Notes: generated from the letters alone by a model not told the origin. Shown: positions 46,123-56,416, numbered from the stretch's first letter. The stretch: 64,000 nt of DNA from an uncultured Candidatus Bathyarchaeia archaeon (GCA_964544495.1 CAZJBY010000005.1:11081-75080), one strand, 5' to 3'. Numbers and translations are program-made.

Positions 46123-47430
46123 TTAGTAGTAGTCTGTGTAGTACCACGCTATTATCGTTTCGTCATCAGTTATCGACAGGGTCACCGGATTGTCATAATA
46201 GGTGGGCCCGTAGAAAACTTCGTAATAGCAGAAGACGTGGATATACGGATAATCATAGAGAGGCGTGTCCACTTCTATCTTGTGGTTTCCGTCCGACACC
46301 GTAATGGAGTAGCCGTCTGTGAGCCCCATGTACTCGTCGTCAACATAATACGGCACTGCGCCTTGCTGGTACTGATCATAGGCGAGCACCGTCAAAGAGT
46401 GCTGCTTGTCCCTGAAAACCGCTCGCAACGTGTAATCCTCGTCCATGTAAACCCCTATGGTTGGGTTCGTGCCGGCGGGGTCGCCGTCCAAGAGCCAGTG
46501 GTCAAAGATGTGGTCGCCGTCTGCTGTGGCGGTGACGTACGCGGTTTCTGTAGGCGCGTAATAATAGGTGCCTGAAGCGTTGGTGGTGCCTCCTGCTCCA
46601 GCTGAAACAGACAGGCTTAGCTCATCATAATAGTAAGCCATAACATCTGTCTCCCAGTTTGAACTACAGTACACGGTTATGGGGTTTTCATACAGCGGAT
46701 AATCATCGAAATGCCTGAAACCGGAGCCGCTGGTGGTCCATAAATCTACTTCAACGGTGTGGTTACCAGGCGCTACATCCTTGACTACGTACATGTAGCC
46801 TGTGTTGCCTGCGTACGCGCCGTCTATCCAAACGTCTGCGTCGGCAATATCCCAAGTTCCAGTCCATTCCGCTGCTAAAACCTTCAAGGAGCAAATTGTC
46901 AAACGGAGGTTACCGTTACCGTAGACACGCATATGACCAGAATACCAGCCTTTACCCATTCCCGGACCAAAATTGACAGGCCACCACGTTTCATATCCAG
47001 TGTAAAGTGGGCTTTCGTCATAGCTCTTTGAAAAAACATCTGATGAAGCCAAGTTTAAGGCTTCGCGTATGGTGTAGCCTTCGTTCAGTGTGTAATTATA
47101 GAATTGTATGATGAAGTCCATACCAAGCCCTGTGTAGTTCTTGAAGTTCCCTCCAGTTGTATTGCCTAAGGTTGGGGAGGCACCAGAGAAGCCTATATAG
47201 CAATGACTGCCATAAGCGTCAGGGTCTGCATAGCCGTCATCGCTCATGCCTGCAGTGTCAGTCCAAGCTGAAGGCATCCCAGTGGTGTACGGCCAGTTTT
47301 GTGCGCTCTTACATGTCCATATCCACGCAAAGAAAGTCTCGCCATCCGTCCGCGATGCAATATCAGGATAATCGACATAGTCCCCATTTATGCCTCCGTT
47401 ATTGCCCTGATAACAATTACTGCCATTCAT
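46123..47430 (-). CDS. C-terminal part of a split secreted protein: putative Cys-peptidase-like region plus beta-rich repeat domains
   Basis: No signal peptide. FFAWIWTCKSAQ and MRVYGNGNLRL resemble the caspase/gingipain-fold layout. DHWLLDGDPAG...YTLRAVF is an InlB-B-repeat-like module. Homology continues upstream of the ATG in the same frame (DYVTVFHFGH). Confidence 0.5.
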   Translation of the reverse strand: MNGSNCYQGNNGGINGDYVDYPDIASRTDGETFFAWIWTCKSAQNWPYTTGMPSAWTDTAGMSDDGYADPDAYGSHCYIGFSGASPTLGNTTGGNFKNYTGLGMDFIIQFYNYTLNEGYTIREALNLASSDVFSKSYDESPLYTGYETWWPVNFGPGMGKGWYSGHMRVYGNGNLRLTICSLKVLAAEWTGTWDIADADVWIDGAYAGNTGYMYVVKDVAPGNHTVEVDLWTTSGSGFRHFDDYPLYENPITVYCSSNWETDVMAYYYDELSLSVSAGAGGTTNASGTYYYAPTETAYVTATADGDHIFDHWLLDGDPAGTNPTIGVYMDEDYTLRAVFRDKQHSLTVLAYDQYQQGAVPYYVDDEYMGLTDGYSITVSDGNHKIEVDTPLYDYPYIHVFCYYEVFYGPTYYDNPVTLSITDDETIIAWYYTDYY

Positions 47431-47461
47431 GTGTCCGAAGTGAAATACAGTAACGTAATCT

Positions 47462-48871
47462 TTAGTTGCTTCGTCGCTTCCAGTATTGGTTCAGTATCGT
47501 ATTCCTAGTTGTTTGGCTGCCATAATGGTTTGCAGTGTTGTAACCTGCGTTGTTGAAGAAGTCTTCAAGGGTATCGCAGACTATCAAGGATGCATTGTTT
47601 TCATTGTCAATCTGACCGTACGTCGAGGCGTAAATTCTGGATTTTTCTAAATGAGTAAAAGGAATAGCTTTGGCGTTTGGAACCAATGTTATAGCTGTGC
47701 TTAGAGCTAGTATGCAAAAGAGTATTGTGCAAAATTTCAGAAGCCGTTTCGATGCGGCTCTGAAACTTAGATATTTTCGTTTGTGACTGAAGCAGATGAA
47801 TGCTAAGGTGACTGCAAATATTACGCCGACCAGAAACGTTAGAATCAAGGCCTGCTCTTGAACCTGAACAGCAGGTTCAGACACAGGAAGCGACGCTTCA
47901 TCGCCAACCACCATATATCCGATTCCGCTCACTCCTCCAGTGTCCGCCCACACCCTCACCGTCACGCCGCTCACGCCGCCAGCATAAACCTTGTCAAAGC
48001 CCAACGGAACGTACCACGAAGGATAAAGCACGAAGGGGTCGCCCCCGCGAGCAGAACTCGAATCACGATAGTTAAGGTAGCAGAGAGAAGCGTTGCCAAC
48101 CTCCACGATTTTGAAGTCTGAAACCGTCACCGTGCCGTTCTCAGTGTTCTCAACAGTCCAAGAATAGTCCTCAGCCGTCCCTAAGGCGATGGCCACGGCA
48201 TGCCCGCTTGAAAGCACTGGTTCAGCAGCTATCGTGTAGAGATCCCAGTTGTCCAAGAACGTCTCCAACATGCCTTCACGGTAGTTGAAAACCACGTTCT
48301 TCGACACCGCTAGAACACCGTTCTCATCCACGTACGTCCACGTAAAATCCACTAACGACTGGTTTAAATTCGAGATTTCAAGCTTTACGTTGCCCTCGGT
48401 TTTGGTAACGTTCTTGTCCGCATCGACCGCGTCCAGCATCGAATTCAGGTTTCCATAGAGCGAAGCGCCAGTGTAGCTTTGGTAGTTCTGCATGAAGTCT
48501 TTAGCCATCGACACGGCGTCCGTAGAAGGCTGTTTTAGCGAGACCAAACCGGAGTAGTCGCTTATGAAGATTCGGTGCAGCTTGCCGTGGATGAACGAGC
48601 AGGCTGCTCTGAGGCTGCCTTGGCCGGACGTGAGCCTGAAATCCGCCTCCTCCCGCGTCGCGCTTAGAAACTGGCTGGTCGCCTCAGCCTGCAGAAACGG
48701 CGCGTAGGCTGTCATGTTGAAGCCTGCCACTTCCTCGAGAATCGACAGGGACTTTTCCTGGGTGGTCATCTCAGCCGCGTGCGCGTTAGGCGCCTGAGAC
48801 GCGTATGCGCTTAAACTCAATAAGGTTGTCAGGAAAATCGTGGTCAACAGCAATCGTTTAGAATTTTTCAT
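47462..48871 (-). CDS. N-terminal part of a split secreted protein: signal peptide, PepSY-like ectodomain, TM hairpin, start of a peptidase-like domain
   Basis: Signal peptide ...SAYASQA. VRVWADTGGVSG is a PepSY-like ending. Two TM helices flank a basic loop. The ORF stops 31 nt before the next ORF. Confidence 0.5.
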   Translation of the reverse strand: MKNSKRLLLTTIFLTTLLSLSAYASQAPNAHAAEMTTQEKSLSILEEVAGFNMTAYAPFLQAEATSQFLSATREEADFRLTSGQGSLRAACSFIHGKLHRIFISDYSGLVSLKQPSTDAVSMAKDFMQNYQSYTGASLYGNLNSMLDAVDADKNVTKTEGNVKLEISNLNQSLVDFTWTYVDENGVLAVSKNVVFNYREGMLETFLDNWDLYTIAAEPVLSSGHAVAIALGTAEDYSWTVENTENGTVTVSDFKIVEVGNASLCYLNYRDSSSARGGDPFVLYPSWYVPLGFDKVYAGGVSGVTVRVWADTGGVSGIGYMVVGDEASLPVSEPAVQVQEQALILTFLVGVIFAVTLAFICFSHKRKYLSFRAASKRLLKFCTILFCILALSTAITLVPNAKAIPFTHLEKSRIYASTYGQIDNENNASLIVCDTLEDFFNNAGYNTANHYGSQTTRNTILNQYWKRRSN

Positions 48872-49114
48872 TTTCGTTTTTCACCTCCTGTTAAATTAGG
48901 GAAAGAAGTTTTCTCCCTGGTTCTTCTTTTAGGTGTTCCAAGTATATAAGCAAGACGAAATATTTCGGAAGTAGGAAACTCAAAGCGAAAACACACTTTA
49001 TCATAACCTCCGCTGTTCTCTTTTGGAAACGGATAAATTCTTATTTTCAATCTGTCCATTACATTAAAGTCTATTGAGGCGCAACACTTTGTCAAAACTG
49101 AAAGGAGCACAATT

Positions 49115-49891
49115 ATGCAGCCGATAGATGTCGTAGTTCTTACAAAGAACAGTGAACACTTACTTGACAGGTGCTTAGCCTCAGTCTACGAAAACGTGCC
49201 CGTTAAAAACCTGATAATAGTTGACGGCTTTTCAACCGACCGCACCCTGAAAATCATAAACGACGTCAGTGAAGCACACGGCAACGTGGAAATCCTGAAG
49301 GTCAACGGTTCAAGAGCTAAAGCACGAGAGAAAGGCATACGACATGTGAGCACGGACTGGTTCATGTTCGTGGACAGCGATGTGGTGCTCAGCCGAGACT
49401 GGCTTAGAAAAGCCGAAAAAAACGTGAAGAGCGATGTTGGCGCGGTCTGGGGAGTAAACATCGACCTCATCCCTAACGTGAGAGACAAGCGGGTTCTAAA
49501 GTTGCAGAGCATAATTGCTCGGCAATGCTTTGGTCTCCGAGGCGGAATGCACGACACGCTTATCCGCCGCGAGGCTGTGGCGGGAATAAGAATCCCTGAA
49601 GAGCTGCATGCGTATGAAGACGCGTACATAATCAACTGGATCAAAGCGAAAGGCTACAAGACGGTAATCGGTGACGAAGTTTACTGCCTACATTTCAAGC
49701 CGCCGGCGAATTGGAGCTTGCAGAACGGGGTTTCGCAGGCTATTGTCGAATTCAAATGCGGAATTGTTTACTCTCACCTGTATGAGTATATGTTCTTTTA
49801 CCCAGTTTTCATGTTTCAATGGTTCATCCAGCTGTCCCTTCACGGCACCAAAGCATTATTCTCGCCTCAGCGCGGTCCAAAGATGATCTGA
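49115..49891 (+). CDS. family 2 glycosyltransferase, paralog of 44287-45027
   Basis: MQPIDVVVLTKNSEHLLDRCLASVYENVPVKNLIIVDGFSTDRT...FVDSD. Confidence 0.75.
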   Translation: MQPIDVVVLTKNSEHLLDRCLASVYENVPVKNLIIVDGFSTDRTLKIINDVSEAHGNVEILKVNGSRAKAREKGIRHVSTDWFMFVDSDVVLSRDWLRKAEKNVKSDVGAVWGVNIDLIPNVRDKRVLKLQSIIARQCFGLRGGMHDTLIRREAVAGIRIPEELHAYEDAYIINWIKAKGYKTVIGDEVYCLHFKPPANWSLQNGVSQAIVEFKCGIVYSHLYEYMFFYPVFMFQWFIQLSLHGTKALFSPQRGPKMI

Positions 49892-50866
49892 CAGTGGTCT
49901 GGGCAGAGCTTTTTCACCGCCGCCTTTCAGCATTAAAACTCGTTGTTTCGCGTTTTCCGTGAACTCGCCGATAACCGAAGCTTGAACCTGCTCGCGTTTT
50001 AGGTTGCTAACAATTTGGCTTGCGCTTTTTGCTTCTGCAGAGATGAGCAGGGCGCCTGAGCCGATTAGCTGCAGCGGGTCGATTCGGAAGTGGCTGCATA
50101 TCTTGGCGGTTTCAGGCTGCACCGTGATTGCTTCCTCGGTGACTTTTACGCCCACGTTTGAGGCGTCTGCCATTTCGTGGATTCCACCCGCCACGCCGCC
50201 TTCAGTAGGGTCATGCATGGCGTGAACACCGCCCGTTTTGCACGCGGTCAACGCGTCTTTCACGACGCTTATCCTGTTCCAGAAGGTTTTGGCTTCCTCC
50301 AACACCGCGGCGCTCAAGGTTTTGCCGAGTTCTTTCTCTCGGTCAGTCGCCAATATGGCGGTGCCTTCTATCCCCGCGCTCTTGGTCAGGATTAGCTTGT
50401 CTCCGGGTTTTGCCCCGCCCGCAGTGACGTAGCGCCCCTTTTCGGTTAAGCCCAAGATGCAGCCTACCACTATCGGGTTGGCTAAGCCCGGCGTGGATTC
50501 GCAGTGTCCGCCGACTATGGCTACGCCCAGCTCCTTTGCTGCCGCGCTCATCTGAGTGCTTATGGTCTCAACGAGTTTTCTCTCCGCTTTTTCAGGAAGC
50601 ATGATGCACGAGAACAGGAAGGCTGGCGCCACGCCGAAAGTGGCTACGTCATTAGCGTTCACGTTAACGGCGAGCCAGCCAATCCGCTCAACCGCGCCCG
50701 TGATGGGGTCCATGGAGACGATTAGTGACTTGTCGCCTAAGTCTAAAACTGCCCCGTCGATTCCCGCCGAAGGACCGACAACGACTTCTTTGCGTTGGGC
50801 GCCTAAGTTTTTGAAAACAACTTCTTTCAGTATGTCAACAGGGATTTTTCCAGGCGGCAGTTTCAT
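49856..50866 (-). CDS. AIR synthase-related protein (PurM/ThiL/HypE superfamily)
   Basis: 336 aa. SMDPITG...NDVATFG N-domain and a GG-rich C-domain typical of the PurM-like fold. Confidence 0.6.
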   Translation of the reverse strand: MKLPPGKIPVDILKEVVFKNLGAQRKEVVVGPSAGIDGAVLDLGDKSLIVSMDPITGAVERIGWLAVNVNANDVATFGVAPAFLFSCIMLPEKAERKLVETISTQMSAAAKELGVAIVGGHCESTPGLANPIVVGCILGLTEKGRYVTAGGAKPGDKLILTKSAGIEGTAILATDREKELGKTLSAAVLEEAKTFWNRISVVKDALTACKTGGVHAMHDPTEGGVAGGIHEMADASNVGVKVTEEAITVQPETAKICSHFRIDPLQLIGSGALLISAEAKSASQIVSNLKREQVQASVIGEFTENAKQRVLMLKGGGEKALPRPLSDHLWTALRRE

Positions 50867-50895
50867 TTTGAACCACGGATTAAAATGTTGTAAGT

Positions 50896-51444
50896 CTAGC
50901 TTTTAAGTTGTGGGAAAACACGCAACACCGCATGCATGATTGGCACGGCGATTATTAGGCCTACGAACATCTGAACTGCGTTGAAGGGAGCCTCTGCCAG
51001 AGCAACGTTAAAGGATAAGCCAAGCGCTAATTGCTCATAAAGGAAATAGCCTGCCACCATCTCCGACCCTCCAACTATAACTGAGATAACAGCGCATAAA
51101 GTGACGTTTTGAATGTATTTTTTCAGTTTCAGGTTCAGAAAACCAACGATTGCGCCTTCTATGCCTTTAATGACCAGTGTGCCTGGAGCGAACAGACTGA
51201 AGCCCAAGTAAACATCCGCGAGCATTGCACCTATTCCTCCTGAAAGAGCGCCAACTGAGGACCCAAAAAGTAACGCTGCAACGTAGATGACGGTTTCTCC
51301 AACGTTGAAGTAGCCAGATGTTGCAGGTATGGGTATGGGCGGAATCTGTGAAGTGACTATGAACACGAGCGCAGCGAACACTGCTGCAAGAGTTAACTTA
51401 ACTGTGACTCCGGGTCTACTGTATTCTTTCTTCATTGACTTCAC
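50896..51444 (-). CDS. polytopic membrane protein, ECF S-component-like
   Basis: 182 aa, about 5-6 TM helices. GGIGAMLADV pattern as in vitamin-transport S components. Confidence 0.45.
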   Translation of the reverse strand: MKSMKKEYSRPGVTVKLTLAAVFAALVFIVTSQIPPIPIPATSGYFNVGETVIYVAALLFGSSVGALSGGIGAMLADVYLGFSLFAPGTLVIKGIEGAIVGFLNLKLKKYIQNVTLCAVISVIVGGSEMVAGYFLYEQLALGLSFNVALAEAPFNAVQMFVGLIIAVPIMHAVLRVFPQLKS

Positions 51445-51611
51445 AGCCTAACAGTTGCACGGCGTAGTTAATTTGATTACCCAATATAAAAGCCTAATCA
51501 CTATCAAATTTTACCCTCCAAATAGTAGAGTGGTTCGCTTCTTTGAGCAGTTGGTGTTTGGAAGGGGAAAATCTAAATGGGAGTGCACTGCTTGATATAG
51601 CAAGTTAAGAG

Positions 51612-51995
51612 TTGACGGTTATGAGTGAAAGAGAAGACCCGATTAAAATGCACAAAGACGCGAACAACCTCATGGACTCGGGAAAGCTTGAGGAGGCACG
51701 TGAGCTTTTCCTGCGAACGGCTGAGCTTTACAGGAAAAAGCAGGACTATTTCGACTCCACAACCATGCTCTACAAGGCTGGCGAGTGCAGCTTCGCTTTG
51801 AAGGAGTACGAAAAAGCTATTGAGCAGTTCATGCAGTCCGCGGAGCTTTCCTTCAACAAGGGATACGACCGCTTCGGCGTCAGCGCCTTAGACTACGCGA
51901 AAGACTGCCAAAAAGCCTTAGGAAACACCAAGGAAGTCGAGGAGCTGGCGAAGAAAATCAAAGAAGTCAAAACAAAGCTCGAAAGCACCTTCTAA
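51612..51995 (+). CDS. hypothetical helical (TPR/SNAP-like) protein
   Basis: 127 aa of helical repeats. The first ATG is at 51621. Confidence 0.45.
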   Translation: MTVMSEREDPIKMHKDANNLMDSGKLEEARELFLRTAELYRKKQDYFDSTTMLYKAGECSFALKEYEKAIEQFMQSAELSFNKGYDRFGVSALDYAKDCQKALGNTKEVEELAKKIKEVKTKLESTF

Positions 51996-52101
51996 ACACC
52001 GCGCGGTTCAGAAAAACCAACCTTTTCAGCTCTTTTTCGTGAGAAACCCATTAATAAGAAGCGAAGCAACTTCTAGCAGCAGAGTTTTAAGGGTTAAAGC
52101 C

Positions 52102-53796
52102 ATGCCCACGCTCTTCAAGTCTCTGGCGGAACTCCTCGAAAAAGTGGAAGCCACCAAAAAGCGACTGGAAATAATCGGTATGACCGCCGACTTCTTGAAG
52201 AGCTTAAACGCGGAGGAAGTGGAGCCTGCCGTGTCCATGATTGTTGGTCGGGCTTTCCCGAAGTGGAGCCCGAAAACCTTAGACGTAAGCTGGGCGACTC
52301 TCAGCGGCATTCTGCAACGGGTAACAGGCGCTGACTGGGACGTTTTCCATGATGCATTCACAGGAACTGGCGATGTGGGTGCGGCTGCCAAGGCGGTTTT
52401 TGAAAAAACCAACGTGAAAAAACAAGCGTTGCTGCTTGAGAGGACGCTGACGATAGCTGAAGTTAGACGCCTGCTGGAGTCCATAGCTGAGACGACGGGT
52501 TCAGGCTCAAGAGAAAAGAAAGAACGCTTGATAACCGCCTTGCTAAGCCAAGCCTCGCCTGTCGAAGCAAAGTACATGGTGAAAATCTTTTTGGGCGAAA
52601 TGCGAACGGGCTTGCATGAAGGCTTGATGGAGCAGGCGGTGGCGAAGGCTTTTGATGTCCCGTTGCCAACGGTGCAGAAAGCCAGCATGGCTCTGGGAGA
52701 CATTGGCGAAGTAGCCGCCATAGCCAAGACAGAAGGCGCAGCGCGTTTGGCGCAGGTCGGCTTCCAAGTTTTCAGGCCCGTTAATTTGATGTTGGCTCAG
52801 GTGGCAAGTGATGTCGGTGAGGCGTTGGCGGAGCACGGCGGCAAAACGGCTTTCGAGTATAAGTATGACGGCGCTCGGGTTCAAATCCACAAGCGGGGCA
52901 GCGAGTTGCAGGTTTTCAGCCGAAGGCTCACGGATGTGACGCAGAGCCTGCCCGAGGTGGTTGAAGCCGTGAAAGCCAACGTCAAAGCAGGCGAAGCCAT
53001 AGTGGAGGGCGAAGTCATAGCCGTGGATGACCGTGGGCACCCGATTCCCTTCCAGCACTTGATGCGCCGATTCAAGCGCGTACACGAGGTGCGGGACATG
53101 GCTGAGAAAATCCCTGTCAGGCTCTACTTATTCGACATTCTCTTCCTCGACGGCGAAAGCCTAATCGCGCTTCCTTACGTGCAACGCAGGAAGGTTCTGG
53201 CTGAGAACGCTGGGGAAATAGCCTTGACCACGCAGATTGTCGCCGATGAGGAGGCGCGGGCGGAGGCGTTCCTGAGCGAAGCCATGGATGCTGGGCATGA
53301 GGGGTTGATGGCGAAGAAGCTTGACAGCCCCTACACGCCTGGGACCCGTGGGAAACGGTGGTTCAAGATAAAGCCTGTTCTGGACCCGCTGGACTTGGTT
53401 ATCACGGCAGCCGAGTACGGGTACGGGCGGAGGCACGGTTGGCTTTCGGACTATTACTTGGCTGCGCGGGACCCTGCGACAGGTGGGTTTCTGAACATAG
53501 GCAAGACGTTTAAGGGTTTGACGGATGCGGAAATCATCGAAATGACCCGGCGGCTTAACGAGTTAGTCGTGTGGGAGGAGCGCAACCGCGTTGTGGTTGT
53601 GCCGAAAATTGTGGTTGAAGTTGCGTATAACGAGATTCAGGAGAGCCCCAAGTACAAGAGCGGGATGGCGTTGCGGTTTGCCCGCATAACCCGCATAAGA
53701 GACGACAAAAGCGCGGAAGACGCGGACACCATTGAAAAAGTGCAAGAAATTTATGAGAGCCAGTTTGCGAAAAAAAGCAGATACCAGACTGAATAA
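52102..53796 (+). CDS. lig: ATP-dependent DNA ligase
   Basis: EYKYDGARVQIHK (KxDG adenylation motif), EGLMAK, KWFKIKP. The ORF is open from 52039. Confidence 0.92.
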   Translation: MPTLFKSLAELLEKVEATKKRLEIIGMTADFLKSLNAEEVEPAVSMIVGRAFPKWSPKTLDVSWATLSGILQRVTGADWDVFHDAFTGTGDVGAAAKAVFEKTNVKKQALLLERTLTIAEVRRLLESIAETTGSGSREKKERLITALLSQASPVEAKYMVKIFLGEMRTGLHEGLMEQAVAKAFDVPLPTVQKASMALGDIGEVAAIAKTEGAARLAQVGFQVFRPVNLMLAQVASDVGEALAEHGGKTAFEYKYDGARVQIHKRGSELQVFSRRLTDVTQSLPEVVEAVKANVKAGEAIVEGEVIAVDDRGHPIPFQHLMRRFKRVHEVRDMAEKIPVRLYLFDILFLDGESLIALPYVQRRKVLAENAGEIALTTQIVADEEARAEAFLSEAMDAGHEGLMAKKLDSPYTPGTRGKRWFKIKPVLDPLDLVITAAEYGYGRRHGWLSDYYLAARDPATGGFLNIGKTFKGLTDAEIIEMTRRLNELVVWEERNRVVVVPKIVVEVAYNEIQESPKYKSGMALRFARITRIRDDKSAEDADTIEKVQEIYESQFAKKSRYQTE

Positions 53797-54010
53797 GAAA
53801 GTTGCTTATCAGTTGTTTTGGGATGCACTGAAACGCAAGTTTTCTCTGCTTAGTGTTGCGTTTCTTAAAGTAACCAGCAGACCAGGCACCAACCAATGCA
53901 GCCACAACGCTTCATGTATCTTGTATTAAGATGAAGGAAGTAGCGTATGTTTGTTGATGGCAATAGATATAGGTTAAAGGAAATATAACTTTGAGAATGA
54001 GGGAGTTGAG

Positions 54011-55213
54011 GTGAAAAAACTACTTTTTATCAGCGGCTCTCTGGGTTTAGGGCACGTTGGGAGAGACCTTGAGATTGCTAAAATGCTGCGAAAATCCAAC
54101 TCAGGTTTTCGGATATCGTGGTTGGCTGATAGCCCTGCAACTACTGTTTTGAAACAAGCAGGAGAGGAACTTCTTCCTGAAGCAGAGTTGCTTACCCACG
54201 GCAGCAAAGAGTTGGATAGCGCCGCAAAGAACCATGGAGCCAACCTCACAAGGTGGGTTATGAACATGAGAAAGGATTGGTCCAAAAACGCCAAGATCGT
54301 CACCGAACTAATTCGCAGGGAGAATTTTGATTTAGTGATAGGCGACGAAACTTACGACCTAATAATCGAACTCCTCCGAGACCCAAGCCTAAAACAATTT
54401 CCGTTCATAATAATTTACGATTTTCTCGGAATGGACCGAGTAACCAACAATCCGATAGATGCGCTTATAACCTATTTAACCAACAGAATTTGGGTTAAGA
54501 CATTAACTCACGAACCGCCACTTTGTGAAAAATGTATTTTTGTAGGTGAAATCGAAGATATTCAGGATAAGAAATTTGGATTCCTACTTCCTAATAGACG
54601 CGTTCTGGCTGAGAAATACTTAGATTTTGTTGGCTACATGCTCAATTTCGATCCCAAAGACTTTATTGACAAGATGAAAATTTCGCAAAACTTTAGGTTA
54701 TGGCAAAGCACCTTTAGCCGTATGCTCTATTGGTGGAACATCCGCAGGAAAGGCGCTCATAGACTTATCAATGCAAGCAGTTCCGATAATTCAAAAAGAA
54801 ATTCCTGATTTTGAGATGGTAATCGTTCTAGGACCCGAAGTTCCGATAGCCTCTGTTAAACCTGTCAAGGGAGTAACGGTCGTAGGGTATTTGCCAGAAC
54901 TCTTCAAGCATCTGGCGGCAGCTGATCTCGCTATCGTAACTGGAGGAGGAACCGTAACATTAGAACTAACAGCTCTGAAAAAACCATTCCTATATTTTCC
55001 GTTGGAGAACCACTTTGAACAAGAAATTGCTGTGGCAAGTAGGTGTGAACGTCATACGCGGGAATCAAAATGAACTATTCGAAAACTACTCCAGAAACAC
55101 TTGCTAAAGAAGTTGTAAACAATATTGGCAGAGAAGTCCACTATGCAAGTATACCAACAGATGGAGCGCAAAAAGCAGCAAAAATAATTAGCGAATTTCT
55201 TGCTCAGGTATAA
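54011..55213 (+). pseudogene. GT-B glycosyltransferase (MurG/GT28-like C-terminal domain) disrupted by two frameshifts
   Basis: N-terminus KKLLFISGSLGLGHVGR. Homology moves to a second frame near 54690 (…RKTLGYGKAPLAVCSIGGTSAGK…VTGGGTVTLE) and a third near 55055 (…YAGIKMNYSKTTPETLAKEV…), ending at TAA 55211-55213. Confidence 0.65.
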
Positions 55214-55300
55214 ACGCATCCAAAATACAAGAACCGTGTTTCGCTAATCAAAAATGATTTAACAGTCCAAACAAAACACATAGAAGCGAAGCGAACAAAG

Positions 55301-56344
55301 ATGGATGCGGCGGACAAGAAAGCGTTTGCTCAGGAATTCTACAGTCGCCAAGTAATCCTCAAAGAGCTAGGCGCGAAAGGCCAGCGGAAACTGGCAAAAT
55401 CGAAAGTCGTCGTGGTCGGCGTAGGCGGACTAGGCACCGTTTCCTCGCTGTATCTGGCTCTGGCAGGCGTCGGGTACCTGCGTTTGGTAGATCAGGACAC
55501 GGTGGAAACCCCTAATCTTCACCGCCAAATCCTCTACAGTCTTGATGATTTGCATTACCCGAAGGTTGAGGTGGCGGCGGAACGGCTGCAGAAGGTTAAT
55601 CCACTCGTAGAGGCTGAGCCTGTTTCGGAGAACCTGAACGCAGGCAACGTTGAGAGGCTCCTGACTGGAGTGGACATCGTGGTTGACGGCTTGGACAACA
55701 TGATGTCGCGCTACCTGCTGAACCGCACCTGCATCAAACTGGGCATTCCCTACGTTTTCGGCGCCGCCATCGGCATAGAGGGAAATCTTTCAGTCTTCGC
55801 GCCTCCTGAAACTGGCTGCTTAGAATGCCTGCTGCCGAACATGTCAGACGAAGATTTGCTGACGTGCGACACCCGCGGCGTCTTGGGTGCCACGCCTGGA
55901 ATAATCGGCGCCATGCAAGCCATAGAAGCCATCAAAGTTTTGACGGGCATGGGTTCGCCGTTGAAGGGCAAGCTTATGGTTTGCGACTTCAACGATATGT
56001 ACTTCACCACTGTGGACACCTCGAAAGCCGCGAACTGCCCCGCCTGCCATGGCGCTTTGGCTTCGTTGAAGCGGCAAGAGAGGCTTGTTTGGCTTTGTGG
56101 TCAAGACACGGCCAACATCAACCCTGAAAAACCTTTGAAACTAAACCTTAACGAGGTTTACGAAACTGTGAGGCAACGCTTCCCGGTCCGTTTGAAGTCG
56201 CACCTAGCCATAATCTTCGACTACAAAGGCATGGAAGTCAGCTTTTTCAACGGCGGACGCATGCTCATAAAAAACGTCGAGAACGAAGCAGCCGCCTTGA
56301 AAGCGTATAAAGCGATTCTCAAGAAACTAAACCTAACTCAATAA
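55301..56344 (+). CDS. ThiF/MoeB/HesA-family E1-like adenylyltransferase with an extra ~100-aa C-terminal domain
   Basis: RQVILKELGAKGQRKL...VVVGVGGLGT...LVDQDTVETPNLHRQ. CLEC...CPAC zinc site. Confidence 0.8.
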   Translation: MDAADKKAFAQEFYSRQVILKELGAKGQRKLAKSKVVVVGVGGLGTVSSLYLALAGVGYLRLVDQDTVETPNLHRQILYSLDDLHYPKVEVAAERLQKVNPLVEAEPVSENLNAGNVERLLTGVDIVVDGLDNMMSRYLLNRTCIKLGIPYVFGAAIGIEGNLSVFAPPETGCLECLLPNMSDEDLLTCDTRGVLGATPGIIGAMQAIEAIKVLTGMGSPLKGKLMVCDFNDMYFTTVDTSKAANCPACHGALASLKRQERLVWLCGQDTANINPEKPLKLNLNEVYETVRQRFPVRLKSHLAIIFDYKGMEVSFFNGGRMLIKNVENEAAALKAYKAILKKLNLTQ

Positions 56345-56416
56345 TTTTTGTAATCAAAAGCTGAATGCCGAAAAAGAAAGAGATAATATTAGGGTATTGC
56401 TTCCGCCTTCGCCTGC

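Noticed and set aside
48868-49110. An 80-aa - strand ORF in the divergent promoter region between 47462-48871 and the GT2 gene.
   Set aside because: It fills the whole intergenic promoter region, has no motifs, and would overlap the upstream gene's start. It is probably spurious.
52026-52727. A 233-aa - strand ORF overlapping the DNA ligase 5' region.
   Set aside because: It is antisense to lig, which has unambiguous ligase motifs. It has no motifs of its own.
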